Source of the DNA: an uncultured archaeon
Lineage (GTDB): Archaea > Asgardarchaeota > Heimdallarchaeia > Heimdallarchaeales > Heimdallarchaeaceae
Direction: 5' to 3'
DNA: 33,681 nucleotides
NCBI GenBank assembly: GCA_964549075.1
Contig: CAZJUB010000017.1
Coordinates: 1 to 33,681, forward strand
The notes beneath the pieces were generated by a model. That model searched no databases. It was given only the letters and a program-made list of their open reading frames with translations, and was not told the DNA's origin. Each line of letters begins with the position of its first letter. The stretch's first letter is position 1. Position numbers and translations under genes: made by a program. Below, piece by piece: positions 1 through 9,111 of the stretch.

Positions 1-2504
1 CCTCTTGGACTAGTAAGATCTTGAATAGCCCACCCACTAAAAGCCCGTGGATCATGAAATGGTGCTTCCAAACCAGCAACTTGAGGTGCTAATGATGTAT
101 AAAGGTATTTTTCTGCTAAAACTTTACTACCTTCAGCTAGTAAACTTCCTATCCCTTTTCTTTCAACTATCATATCTAATAAAGGTATTAAGATGTTTTC
201 ATTACCAAATTGTAAATCCAAATCATTAGGTAAAGCTTCAGAAGAGATAGCATTTTTCGATACTAGATCAAGAAGAACTCCAATAGTTGTTCCTGCAGAT
301 ATTGTATCGATACCATAATCGTTAGCTTTGAAATTTGCATATGAGATAGCTTTTAGATTACCTATTTTCAAATTAGTTCCGAAAGCTCCGAGTGTCTCAT
401 ATTCAGGACCTTTTGTACGAGGAAGTTTATATTTACCTTCAGGAATCTCAATAATTCTCCCACATCCAATTGGGCAACGATAACATGCATATCTTCCTAC
501 TAAAATAGTCTCCTTCATTGTTGCCCCTGAAAGATTATAAGCTTCATCAAAAGCTGATTCTGACCAATTGCGTATTGGTAAATCACCATACATATCAACT
601 GCTACATCTAGATATCCTGAAGTACCTAAATCGCTTGCTAATTCTACAAAGAAATCTTCTTTGATACTTTCATAAGCTTCTCTTGATTTCTTTTTAAATT
701 CAGATGGTAAAAGAAATTCTTTATTCGATCCTTTCACTGCAATTGCTTTGAGTTTTTTAGATCCCATAACAGCTCCTAAACCTGTTCTTCCTGCAGCTCT
801 ACCTTCGTCATTTATAATAGCTGCATATTTTACTAAATTCTCTCCCGCTTGTCCAATGCATGCAATTTTGAATTTATTATCATTCAATTCTTTGATTATC
901 TTTTTGTGAGTTTCATATGTTCCTTTCCCCCATAGCTTAGAAGCATCTCTAAATTCAATCTTATCATCTTCAATTAAGAGATAGACAGGAATTTCAGAAA
1001 TTCCTTCAATAATTATACTGTCATAACCTGCAAATTTCATTTCTGGACCAAATTTTCCTCCCGAATTTGCTTCCCCCCAGAATCCTGTTAATGGAGATCT
1101 GGAACATACAGTGAACCTGCCTGTACAAGAAGTAGGTAAACCTGTAAGTGGTCCTGTCATAAAAATAAGGATATTCTCGGGAGATAGAGCATCAACCTTT
1201 TTTGTATTAAGGAATTTAAAGTAGTAATATGCACCTAAACCGCTTCCACCAACGAATTTCTTTGCAGCCTCTAAATCTAAAGATTCAGTGGAGAAAGTGT
1301 GATTAGAAAGATTGACTTTTAAAACATTATTTCGATACCCACCTCTAACAAAACCTGTTATAGCATAAAATAAATTTTCAATTGATTCATTGTTGAGCTC
1401 CCTTGGATTAATAAGTGAACCAGTATCGTTTAAAGCAAAATCTCGAAGAAGTTCCATGTTTTCTTCTAGTTGTTCAGAAGTTACACCAAATTCCTTGAGA
1501 GTAGTTTTAAGACCTATCTCAGCTATCAAATTCTCGACTTTTTCGATTAGTTCCTCTGCTCCTTCTCTTGAATTACTGAACTCAATACCTATTGCATGTG
1601 CAATCTCTGAGTAATGTTGGACTGTTCTCTCTTCTTCTAGATTGTATTTCATCATATGTGGCAATACTACTGCTATGATTTCCCCATGTGGTATTTTGAA
1701 AATAGCACCAGCTGAATGAGCTAAAGCATGCGTTCCACCAATTTGACTATTTCCAATTGCTATTCCTGACATTGTTGCTGCATTGTGCATTTTTTCTCTA
1801 TTTTCTAATACATTTCCTTGCTTTACAGCTTTGGGAAGATATTCAAAAACTAGTTTTATAGCTTGTAATGCCATAGCATCTGCAAAATCATTTTTCCAAT
1901 CAACAGTATAAGCTTCTATGGCATGAGCTAAAACATCCATTCCAGTTGAAGCAGTAAGTTTAGGAGGAAGTTTGAGTGTTAAAGAAGGATCAACTATATC
2001 TATATCAGGAATCAAATCTCGATGTCCTACACTTAGTTTTTGTTTAGTTTCTGGATCGGTTATAACTATAGCCCAATTTGCATCTGAACCTGTTCCACTT
2101 GTAGTAGGAATTGTTATCAATCGAGCTTTCTTTCTTAAAGGTAAAGGATCTTCAGGAAAAACGCTATCGATACTCATATCTGGATTTTCATAAAAAACCC
2201 ATATTGATTTTGCACAATCAATTGTTGAACCTCCTCCTATCGCTACAATCCAATCCACTTGCTCTCTTTCTGCAATCTTCGCACCTTCTTTTGCCATTGG
2301 AATTGAAGGTTCATAATCAACTTGATCAAAAATTGTGATTTTGAAACCATTATCTTCTAAAAGACTAATTGCTTTCTGAGGGATACCTAAATCTAGAAGA
2401 ACCTTGTCAGTAACAATAAGTGCACTCTTCCCTTTTATTTCCTTTAATTCTTCAAGAGAGTCTTCCCCAAAGACAATCTTACGTGGAGCGTAGTAGAACC
2501 ACAT
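1..2504 (-). CDS. Fusion of iron-containing alcohol dehydrogenase (N-terminal, ~385 aa) and aldehyde:ferredoxin oxidoreductase (AOR family, C-terminal); partial, runs off the window start
   Basis: Absent from the ORF track because no stop lies in the window. Manual translation from ATG 2504 gives MWFYYAPRKIVFGEDS...AIGGGSTIDCAK...IPTTSGTGSD...GMDVLAHAIE...GTHALAH...PHG (Fe-ADH). It continues in frame via ENLFYAITGFVRGGYRNNVLKVNL to GGSGLGA, SPLTG, NSGG, AAGRTGLGAVMGSKKLKAI, CYRCPIGC, GPEYET, DYGIDTIS, HDPR (AOR). Confidence 0.92.
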   Translation of the reverse strand, partial: MWFYYAPRKIVFGEDSLEELKEIKGKSALIVTDKVLLDLGIPQKAISLLEDNGFKITIFDQVDYEPSIPMAKEGAKIAEREQVDWIVAIGGGSTIDCAKSIWVFYENPDMSIDSVFPEDPLPLRKKARLITIPTTSGTGSDANWAIVITDPETKQKLSVGHRDLIPDIDIVDPSLTLKLPPKLTASTGMDVLAHAIEAYTVDWKNDFADAMALQAIKLVFEYLPKAVKQGNVLENREKMHNAATMSGIAIGNSQIGGTHALAHSAGAIFKIPHGEIIAVVLPHMMKYNLEEERTVQHYSEIAHAIGIEFSNSREGAEELIEKVENLIAEIGLKTTLKEFGVTSEQLEENMELLRDFALNDTGSLINPRELNNESIENLFYAITGFVRGGYRNNVLKVNLSNHTFSTESLDLEAAKKFVGGSGLGAYYYFKFLNTKKVDALSPENILIFMTGPLTGLPTSCTGRFTVCSRSPLTGFWGEANSGGKFGPEMKFAGYDSIIIEGISEIPVYLLIEDDKIEFRDASKLWGKGTYETHKKIIKELNDNKFKIACIGQAGENLVKYAAIINDEGRAAGRTGLGAVMGSKKLKAIAVKGSNKEFLLPSEFKKKSREAYESIKEDFFVELASDLGTSGYLDVAVDMYGDLPIRNWSESAFDEAYNLSGATMKETILVGRYACYRCPIGCGRIIEIPEGKYKLPRTKGPEYETLGAFGTNLKIGNLKAISYANFKANDYGIDTISAGTTIGVLLDLVSKNAISSEALPNDLDLQFGNENILIPLLDMIVERKGIGSLLAEGSKVLAEKYLYTSLAPQVAGLEAPFHDPRAFSGWAIQDLTSPR

Positions 2505-2537
2505 AATAATCTTATAAAAAACAGTTAAATAAAAAGA

Positions 2538-2948
2538 TTATAGGAACTCTGTAGGAACTTTTTGAGCTGAATTAACTAGTTCTTTTGCAGCTTTAGTCGC
2601 TCTCATAACTTTAGCCTTATCCCCAACAAGCTTAAACTTTTTGGTAAGAATGCCTTTAATAGGATCTAATTCACCGTTGATAACTTTTAACCAATTGGAG
2701 TATGTTCCTCTATATTCAAACTCTGTTTTTGGACGATGTTGTCCTTCCTCATAATAATCTACAGCTCGACAATCGCCATGCCACAAATCGAGATAGAATG
2801 TGTGTTCTTTCTCAAGTTTTTCATCTGGTTCTATAATAAACAAAAAGTCCCCTTCCCACCATTTCGCAGCTTCTTTATAATCTGGGGAATCGTTAATTAC
2901 ATCTTTATATTTCTCTATCCATTCTTTACTTGGGAATTGTGCATTCAT
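2538..2948 (-). CDS. SCP2 sterol/lipid-carrier domain protein
   Basis: FPSKEW N-terminus and WLKVINGELDPIKGILTKKFKLVGD C-terminal SCP2 signature. ATG 2948 follows a GGTG RBS. Co-oriented 33 bp upstream of the ADH-AOR fusion. Confidence 0.85.
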   Translation of the reverse strand: MNAQFPSKEWIEKYKDVINDSPDYKEAAKWWEGDFLFIIEPDEKLEKEHTFYLDLWHGDCRAVDYYEEGQHRPKTEFEYRGTYSNWLKVINGELDPIKGILTKKFKLVGDKAKVMRATKAAKELVNSAQKVPTEFL

Positions 2949-3089
2949 GATAAACACCGTTCATTTAGATTCGGTTTTCATTTTAGGTTCTTTTTAAATG
3001 TTTATTTCATGATGATGAAATAATCTTCTTTCCTAATGAAATTAGATATCTTGATAAGTGATGAATGCTATAATATTATAGGTGGTTCT

Positions 3090-3869
3090 TTGACACAACT
3101 TTTGGGTATTTGTAGCGAAGATGAATTGGAAATAGATTTCGCATTTAAAGGTTCAGCATGTTTAGGAGAGAAAAATCCAGATGGTTGGGGGTATGCATAT
3201 GCTAAGCAAGATTATTGGATGATTGATAAAGAACCGTTTAAAGAAGGTCAATTTGATAAAAAAGAGTTTTCTTTACGTTTCCCTGCTAATTTCTTTAGTA
3301 ATTTACTAATTTCTCATATTAGATTCGAATCACAAGGTAAAAGAACCTTAGAGAATACACATCCTTTCACACATGACCTATTTGATAAAAAGTGGGTTTT
3401 TGCTCATTCAGGCTATGTACAAATTTATAGACATGTTTTAGAGAGTTCAGATTACCCTATTCCAATAGGTGAAACTGATTCAGAAGAAGTTTTCTGTTCA
3501 ATGTTGGGAGAAATAAAATCTTTAGGACGAATGGCTGCAGAAAAGGAAATTGCTAAACGAATTGAAAAGACAGCTAAAGAATTATCAAAACAAGGTGGTC
3601 TAAATTTTGTACTTTGTGACCAGGAAATACTTTATGCTTATTATTCAGGATATAGAACTCTATATTATACAGAAATTCGCCCCCCTCATGAAACTAACAT
3701 AATAGGGGAAGATAACCAACTTTGGTTTACTCTTTTTGCTAAAGATCTTGATGTTCAAATTAGTATTGTTGCTTCCGAACCTTTAATTAAAGATGCTCGA
3801 TGGAAAGAACTAGATCTCAATACTCTTTATACTTTTAAGAATGGAAAAAGAATTAAATTTGTGCTTTGA
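3090..3869 (+). CDS. Class II glutamine amidotransferase-like Ntn hydrolase (YafJ/EgtC-like) with atypical N-terminus
   Basis: NPDGWG, SHIR, NTHPF, FAHSG, GETDSE, LNF, ASEPL motifs. Probable start TTG 3090 after AGGTGG gives M-T-Q-L-L-G (family pattern M-C-x-L-L-G). Track start is 3036. Confidence 0.82.
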   Translation: MTQLLGICSEDELEIDFAFKGSACLGEKNPDGWGYAYAKQDYWMIDKEPFKEGQFDKKEFSLRFPANFFSNLLISHIRFESQGKRTLENTHPFTHDLFDKKWVFAHSGYVQIYRHVLESSDYPIPIGETDSEEVFCSMLGEIKSLGRMAAEKEIAKRIEKTAKELSKQGGLNFVLCDQEILYAYYSGYRTLYYTEIRPPHETNIIGEDNQLWFTLFAKDLDVQISIVASEPLIKDARWKELDLNTLYTFKNGKRIKFVL

Positions 3870-4044
3870 AATTTGTCAAATCTCTAAAACAATTATCTTC
3901 TTAGATTGTTTTAGATTTTTGTGCTTATATTTACATAAAACTCGAAATATTTCTATAAACTCTTCAAATTAATTAAAGGGAACTTTTTTAATAAAGTAGC
4001 CCTCCTACTCATGAAAACTAAAATAACTTTAGAAGTGAATCACA

Positions 4045-4605
4045 TTGAATAAAGGAACAGCTTTACGAGATCGAGATAAAACAAGAAAGGTTATCGACAT
4101 AATTTTAATTGTATTTTTTATTTTCAACTTTATATTTATTACCTACATGTTTGATATTGAACAAGTTGTAGTTTTAGATCATAGTACTTATGGTACACCT
4201 GCTTTTACTTACCCAATTTGGCCACCAAAATTTATTGTAGACCTTAATCACTGGGTAGGTGCGAATTTCGACCCCGCTCTTTTAGCAAGACCTACTTGGT
4301 GGCGTGCAACAATTTGGATTGATATAATACTATTCGGTCCTTTTTACGCTGCAGCTGCATATGCTTTTATTCGAGGAAAAAATTGGATAAGAATTCCATC
4401 TATTATTTGGTCATCTATAATGCTAACAAATGTTACAATAATTTTGTTTGTAGAATTCACAGACTATTTAACTGATCAATGGTACGTGGTTGTTCTTTCA
4501 AATCTCTTGTGGATACTTATACCTGTTCTCACACTTGTTAGAATGATATTATATCCAGAGACGTTTTTAGGGGAACGTTTAAAGCGGAATAAGACAAAAT
4601 CGTAA
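4045..4605 (+). CDS. EXPERA-domain (TMEM97/sigma-2 receptor, EBP-like) 4-TM membrane protein
   Basis: Four hydrophobic helices. DPALLARPTWWRATIWIDIILFGPFYAAAAYAFIRGKNWIRIPSIIWS parallels the TMEM97 core (DPLL..PP.WF....E...Q.PFF..A.YAF.KG...WIR.P.IIYS). Acidic residue after TM1 (FDIEQ). Confidence 0.8.
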   Translation: MNKGTALRDRDKTRKVIDIILIVFFIFNFIFITYMFDIEQVVVLDHSTYGTPAFTYPIWPPKFIVDLNHWVGANFDPALLARPTWWRATIWIDIILFGPFYAAAAYAFIRGKNWIRIPSIIWSSIMLTNVTIILFVEFTDYLTDQWYVVVLSNLLWILIPVLTLVRMILYPETFLGERLKRNKTKS

Positions 4606-4722
4606 ACTCTGATTAATTAAACCTCATGATACTGAAATTTCCTTTCTTTCTCTTCTTGACCTCGTTTTTAGGTGATGCTTATCTTGGAATTCTTTATATA
4701 AAAGTTATATCTGGAATTGGTC

Positions 4723-5589
4723 ATGAAATTAAAATTGGTAACAGATGCCTCTGCTCTTTTACCTCTAGACTTCATGACAAAAGAGGAGATAGGTTTCCTC
4801 GAGTCTTTGTTGATTATTGACGGTAAGGATTATCGTGAATTAACTGATCTGAAATTTGATGATTTTGTGAAAGGTTTACATAATTTCGATCCTTATCCAA
4901 CATCCAGTCAAGTAAAACCCGAAGATGCTGTAAAAGTCTTTCAACAAGCTATAGATGATGGTTATGATGAGCTTTTATACCTCGGATTAACTCCTAAAGT
5001 TTCTAGTCAAATGAATGTAGCAAGGTTAGCAGCAAAGACTTTCAAGGATAAAATCAAGATTCATATTTATCCAACAGAAACAACCTGTGGATCTCAAGGA
5101 GCTCTGACTTATAGCGCTTGGAAATTATTGAAACAAGGCAAAACAACAGATGAAATTATTGCTTATCTTGATAGTATCAAACAAAAAATCTATACCATTG
5201 GTGTTACTGTGGACATTAAAACTCTATTTAGAACAGGAAAAGTGAAACGAGGATCTATAAAAGGTATTTTAGTGTCACTCCTCAAAATGAAACCAATAGC
5301 ACATATTACACTAGAAGATGCTTTTGTTGGGTATGGTGCTGCTTTGAGTTATAAAAGTGCATTGAAGAAAATGGTCGCTGAAATTGAGCGCAGAACAGAT
5401 CCTGAACAAGAATATGATCTCTTCATGACTGATGCGTTAAATAGAGAATTTGCTAAGAAGTATGCAGAAGCAATTAAAAAAGTTATGAAGATAAAGGAAG
5501 TACACTATTGGAATATGTCTCCAGTCATGGCTCTATCTGCTGGTAAAAATGCTGTGACAGCAACAATTGCACCTGTAGTAAAAAAATAA
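4723..5589 (+). CDS. DegV/FakB family fatty-acid-binding protein
   Basis: LVTDASALLP start, PTSSQ, TTCGSQG, LFRTGKV, LLKMKPI, SPVMALSAG; ~288 aa. Confidence 0.88.
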   Translation: MKLKLVTDASALLPLDFMTKEEIGFLESLLIIDGKDYRELTDLKFDDFVKGLHNFDPYPTSSQVKPEDAVKVFQQAIDDGYDELLYLGLTPKVSSQMNVARLAAKTFKDKIKIHIYPTETTCGSQGALTYSAWKLLKQGKTTDEIIAYLDSIKQKIYTIGVTVDIKTLFRTGKVKRGSIKGILVSLLKMKPIAHITLEDAFVGYGAALSYKSALKKMVAEIERRTDPEQEYDLFMTDALNREFAKKYAEAIKKVMKIKEVHYWNMSPVMALSAGKNAVTATIAPVVKK

Positions 5590-5627
5590 AAAGAAAAACT
5601 ATTGTGTAAATAAAAAAGAAAAGATAA

Positions 5628-6686
5628 TTAATGATTATTCATTAATTTCTCAAATTTTGTTTCCTTAGGTTCAAAACCTTTGAGTTCTAGTTGTGCGATT
5701 TTACGTATCTCACCTAACATTCCAACTACACTTAGAATAGAGAACACTATAACTAGTGCATAGATGATTGTATATACATCCGCTGTTGGGAATAAATAGA
5801 TGAATCCTTTTCTAATAATATATTCATTAAAGTGTAATTGCAACAAAAGCGCTAGATTAAAGCACATGGGTATTATTCCTAAACTTAAGAATAATTGTTG
5901 TAACCTTACATGCTTACCTATTAGAGCTTGTGAGAATCTAATAACTCCTGAAACAATCATTACTAATCCTACATACTTTAACCAACCAGGTAGAGCAGGC
6001 ATGTGTTCTGCAAGGAAGTTAATGTCTCCGAAAGGATATAATCCTAAAACTCCTCCCATTACGAATCCCATTATTCCTTCAAATAAATAACTTCCAGTAG
6101 ATGGAATAACTGATCTAGTTCTAGGGGTTCTTTTTCTCTTTTCTCTAGTCTTTTCCTTCTTCTTATCTTGAACCTCAGTAAGTTTCTTGAAATCTTCTGG
6201 TAGAAAACCATGATATGATAATTGTACGAAAACTAGTGTTATGCCTACAATTGCGTATGCAAAACCAGCAAAGGTCCCTTCAAATGCTTGTCCTACTATA
6301 GAACCTACGACAGCACCTGGCTGAGCTAACTTAATTCCCATTGTAAGCATATTGACAAATAATATGAATACGCAAGCAAAAATTAAACTTTTGTAGTATG
6401 GAGGCCACAATTCTTCAGTAATGTAGAACTTTGGAGTACCTCTTGTTCTAAATTCTTTAGCTATTTGTCTAGGAGTACCCATTGATTTGATAGCTTCTCT
6501 CACATGGACAATGTCTGGTTCTTTGCCTTCAGCAAGTTCTGTTGCTTTGTCCCATATATGGTCTTCCAACTCATCTAGAAAATCTTTCAGTTCTGTTACT
6601 TGAGTTTTTAACCATATAGGTAATTTCTTCTTTACTTCTTCCTTGAATGCTTCTATTAATTCTTTTGATTCATTTTGATTACTCAT
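5628..6686 (-). CDS. Membrane protein with N-terminal HAAS (permease-prefix) domain, partner of PadR
   Basis: LDELEDHI...EAIKSMGTPRQIAKEF pattern followed by ~6 TM helices. Lies immediately downstream of padR. ATG 6686 follows AAGGTGA. Confidence 0.8.
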   Translation of the reverse strand: MSNQNESKELIEAFKEEVKKKLPIWLKTQVTELKDFLDELEDHIWDKATELAEGKEPDIVHVREAIKSMGTPRQIAKEFRTRGTPKFYITEELWPPYYKSLIFACVFILFVNMLTMGIKLAQPGAVVGSIVGQAFEGTFAGFAYAIVGITLVFVQLSYHGFLPEDFKKLTEVQDKKKEKTREKRKRTPRTRSVIPSTGSYLFEGIMGFVMGGVLGLYPFGDINFLAEHMPALPGWLKYVGLVMIVSGVIRFSQALIGKHVRLQQLFLSLGIIPMCFNLALLLQLHFNEYIIRKGFIYLFPTADVYTIIYALVIVFSILSVVGMLGEIRKIAQLELKGFEPKETKFEKLMNNH

Positions 6687-6696
6687 TTCTTTCACC

Positions 6697-7218
6697 TTAT
6701 TTTGCTAATCCTTCAATATTCAATCCACAAATATTGCAAAAACGAATATCTTCGCTCTGAGGAATTTTATTTGCACAGTTTGGACAATAAACATATTTTT
6801 TCTCGGGAAGTTTTATTTCAATCTCCATAAGAGGTGCAATTGCTTCTAAAAGTTTAGAGAAGAATCCCATCATGTGATGGTATAATTTATTCCCTTCTTC
6901 TGTAAGTTTATAGTATTTTCGAGGACGACCACTTGATTCTTTCTTCTCAGATATAAGAAGACCATCTCTCTCAAGTTTACGGAGAATAGGATATAATGTA
7001 CCTTCTTCTATTACAAGAGTCCTCTGAGTCTCTTGTTCAAGTTCTTTGAGTAATTGATAACCGTAAACTCCTTCCTGTGGATGTCGTTGAATTATTGCTA
7101 AAGCAGATATTGTAGAAATTCCCCTTAGTAATTCTGATTCAAAGCTCTCCACATAAGATCGAAATCTTTCTGATTCTATCAGAGCTTCAGGTCGATATGT
7201 TTTGATGTTTCTGAACAT
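6697..7218 (-). CDS. PadR family transcriptional regulator with C-terminal zinc ribbon
   Basis: YGYQL, EEGTLYPILRKLERDGLL, GRPRKYYKLTEEG; tail CPNC..CNIC. Confidence 0.93.
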   Translation of the reverse strand: MFRNIKTYRPEALIESERFRSYVESFESELLRGISTISALAIIQRHPQEGVYGYQLLKELEQETQRTLVIEEGTLYPILRKLERDGLLISEKKESSGRPRKYYKLTEEGNKLYHHMMGFFSKLLEAIAPLMEIEIKLPEKKYVYCPNCANKIPQSEDIRFCNICGLNIEGLAK

Positions 7219-7268
7219 TTTTACACCTTTTTGTTTTGTTGTAGTATTCGTGGCTTACTAATCCGACT

Positions 7269-7289
7269 ATACTATACCACATATAGTAT
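7269..7289. promoter_or_regulatory. Perfect palindrome ATACTATA-N5-TATAGTAT, probable PadR operator
   Basis: 8-5-8 inverted repeat between padR and a minus-strand TATA-like TTTTTAAAT (7295-7303). A second TAGTA-N9-TACTA lies at 7242-7260. Confidence 0.7.
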
Positions 7290-7396
7290 TGGGCATTTAA
7301 AAATCTTTCTAAATGAACCTAGATTGAAAATAATCTGAAGCAAAAAATTTCAGTTTGAAAGCAAAGTATAAATGGCTATTAGATAATCTTGGAAAA

Positions 7397-8293
7397 ATGA
7401 ATGACCCTGATATGTCTGATGAGTATAGCCAACTAATTGAGAAAGGTGATGCTCTTTATGAAAAAGAAAAGTATGCAGAAGCAATAGCAGTCTATCAGAA
7501 GGCTAAAAAACTTAATCGCCAAGAATCTGAAGCTTATCTCGCTCTTGCTGATGCTTATCTTGAATTAAAAAAGTTTGATGAAACAATAGACCAATGTAAG
7601 GATTTATTGAAAATCAGTCCTAATAACAGCGAGGCACTTCACATCATCGGTAATGTGTTCTTTGAGAGAGAAGAATATGAAGAAGCTTTAACCTATTTCC
7701 AGAAAGCTTTGGAATTTGCCCCAGAGAGTCTTGATACGATGTACAATATTGGAATGATTTACAAAAATCAGAAGAAAAACGAACAAGCTCTTGAATATTT
7801 TCAAAAAGGAGAGGAGATAGACGGTGAAGATGTAGAATTTTTAGTTATGATTTGTGATATTTTAGAGGAATTAGGAAGAATATCAGAAGCAATAGAATAT
7901 TACTATAAGATTGTAGAAATTCAACCTGATGCTTTCTCTATTTGGATAAGATTAGCAGAACTACATTATGACAAAGATGAATATAGAGAAGCTAAAATTT
8001 GTCTTGATGAGGTTCTAAGAATTGATCCTGCAGATTATTTGAGTTTGAATAACATGGGAGTAATCTTGTTAAAGCTTGATCAAATAGATGAAGCTATAAA
8101 ATACATCAGAAAATCAATTGAAATATTTCCTGAGTTGGGAAATACTTGGCATAGTTTAGCAGATGCTTATGCTCAAAAAGGAGAACTTCAAGAAGCTCTT
8201 GAATATTATGAAAAAGCTGTAGAATTAGATCCAAGTGATAAAGAATTAAAAGAAAGCCTTGAAGCAATAAGAGAAGAACTTGGAATAAACTAA
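7397..8293 (+). CDS. Tetratricopeptide repeat protein (~8 TPRs)
   Basis: Repeated 34-aa units (A...LG..Y......EA..YF.KALE..P). Start uncertain; track TTG is 7355. Confidence 0.92.
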   Translation: MNDPDMSDEYSQLIEKGDALYEKEKYAEAIAVYQKAKKLNRQESEAYLALADAYLELKKFDETIDQCKDLLKISPNNSEALHIIGNVFFEREEYEEALTYFQKALEFAPESLDTMYNIGMIYKNQKKNEQALEYFQKGEEIDGEDVEFLVMICDILEELGRISEAIEYYYKIVEIQPDAFSIWIRLAELHYDKDEYREAKICLDEVLRIDPADYLSLNNMGVILLKLDQIDEAIKYIRKSIEIFPELGNTWHSLADAYAQKGELQEALEYYEKAVELDPSDKELKESLEAIREELGIN

Positions 8294-8938
8294 TTAAGGA
8301 TAACACATATTCCAAGTTGGATTGAAGCTATGGATCATTTCCATCATTTCATTATAACCTTCAGTAGAGAAGAACTGTTGAGGACAAGTTTGCTGATTAT
8401 TTACACTCACATCGAAATGTATGTGAGCACCTTCTTCAATATATAGAAATCTAGCTATCTCTTGACCTATTTCAACCCACTCTCCTTCTTGAACATTAAT
8501 CATTGTTAATTGTTTATCTTTGTCTGAAGATAGTTCTGTCCATGGTTCAAAATTATAGCCTAAAGTTATATCTTTGTTAAATCTTATTTGAATACTAATA
8601 TGGAACCTATTCTCTACCCCTTCTCCGTTATCTCTCCACTGAATTCTCTCTACCAAGCCTGGTGATGCTGCAATTACTTTTGAATTATTTAATAAAAAGA
8701 AATCAAGCCCATTATGTTCAAATCCCCAAGGACAACTGTCAGATTCACTGTAACCTTCGTTGAAAGCATAGATATCAGAACGATTCTCATACAATACATT
8801 CATGTAATCCAAGGTATCTGAGGGGTATCTATCTCCAGGATTGAAGAAAAGATCATTCCAAAAGAAGTATAGTGCTGCTCCTCCAAAGCTAGCTAAGATA
8901 ATAAGTACAATAATTAATAAAATCCAGATTTTTTTCAT
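8294..8938 (-). CDS. Membrane-anchored M23 (LytM-like) metallopeptidase
   Basis: N-terminal hydrophobic anchor; HNGLD (HxxxD), VIAASPGLV, VQEGEWVEIGQEIA, HIHF (HxH). Confidence 0.75.
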   Translation of the reverse strand: MKKIWILLIIVLIILASFGGAALYFFWNDLFFNPGDRYPSDTLDYMNVLYENRSDIYAFNEGYSESDSCPWGFEHNGLDFFLLNNSKVIAASPGLVERIQWRDNGEGVENRFHISIQIRFNKDITLGYNFEPWTELSSDKDKQLTMINVQEGEWVEIGQEIARFLYIEEGAHIHFDVSVNNQQTCPQQFFSTEGYNEMMEMIHSFNPTWNMCYP

Positions 8939-9111
8939 AATTCATATTTCCTAAATTACTTTTAACTTTTATTACAACAAGTTAAGCTAGTTATAAAGCT
9001 TAATTTAGTTTGTCAATTTTTTAATTTTTATAAATCCAAATTAATTTTGTAAAAAGTGAAGTTTTATAACAAATCTCTCGGGGATGTACACTTAAATTTT
9101 TGGTGAATTAT

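Noticed and set aside
47-2338. Plus-strand track ORFs 47-229, 1390-1614, 1972-2193, 2111-2338
   Set aside because: Antisense shadows of the ADH-AOR fusion, with no motifs of their own.
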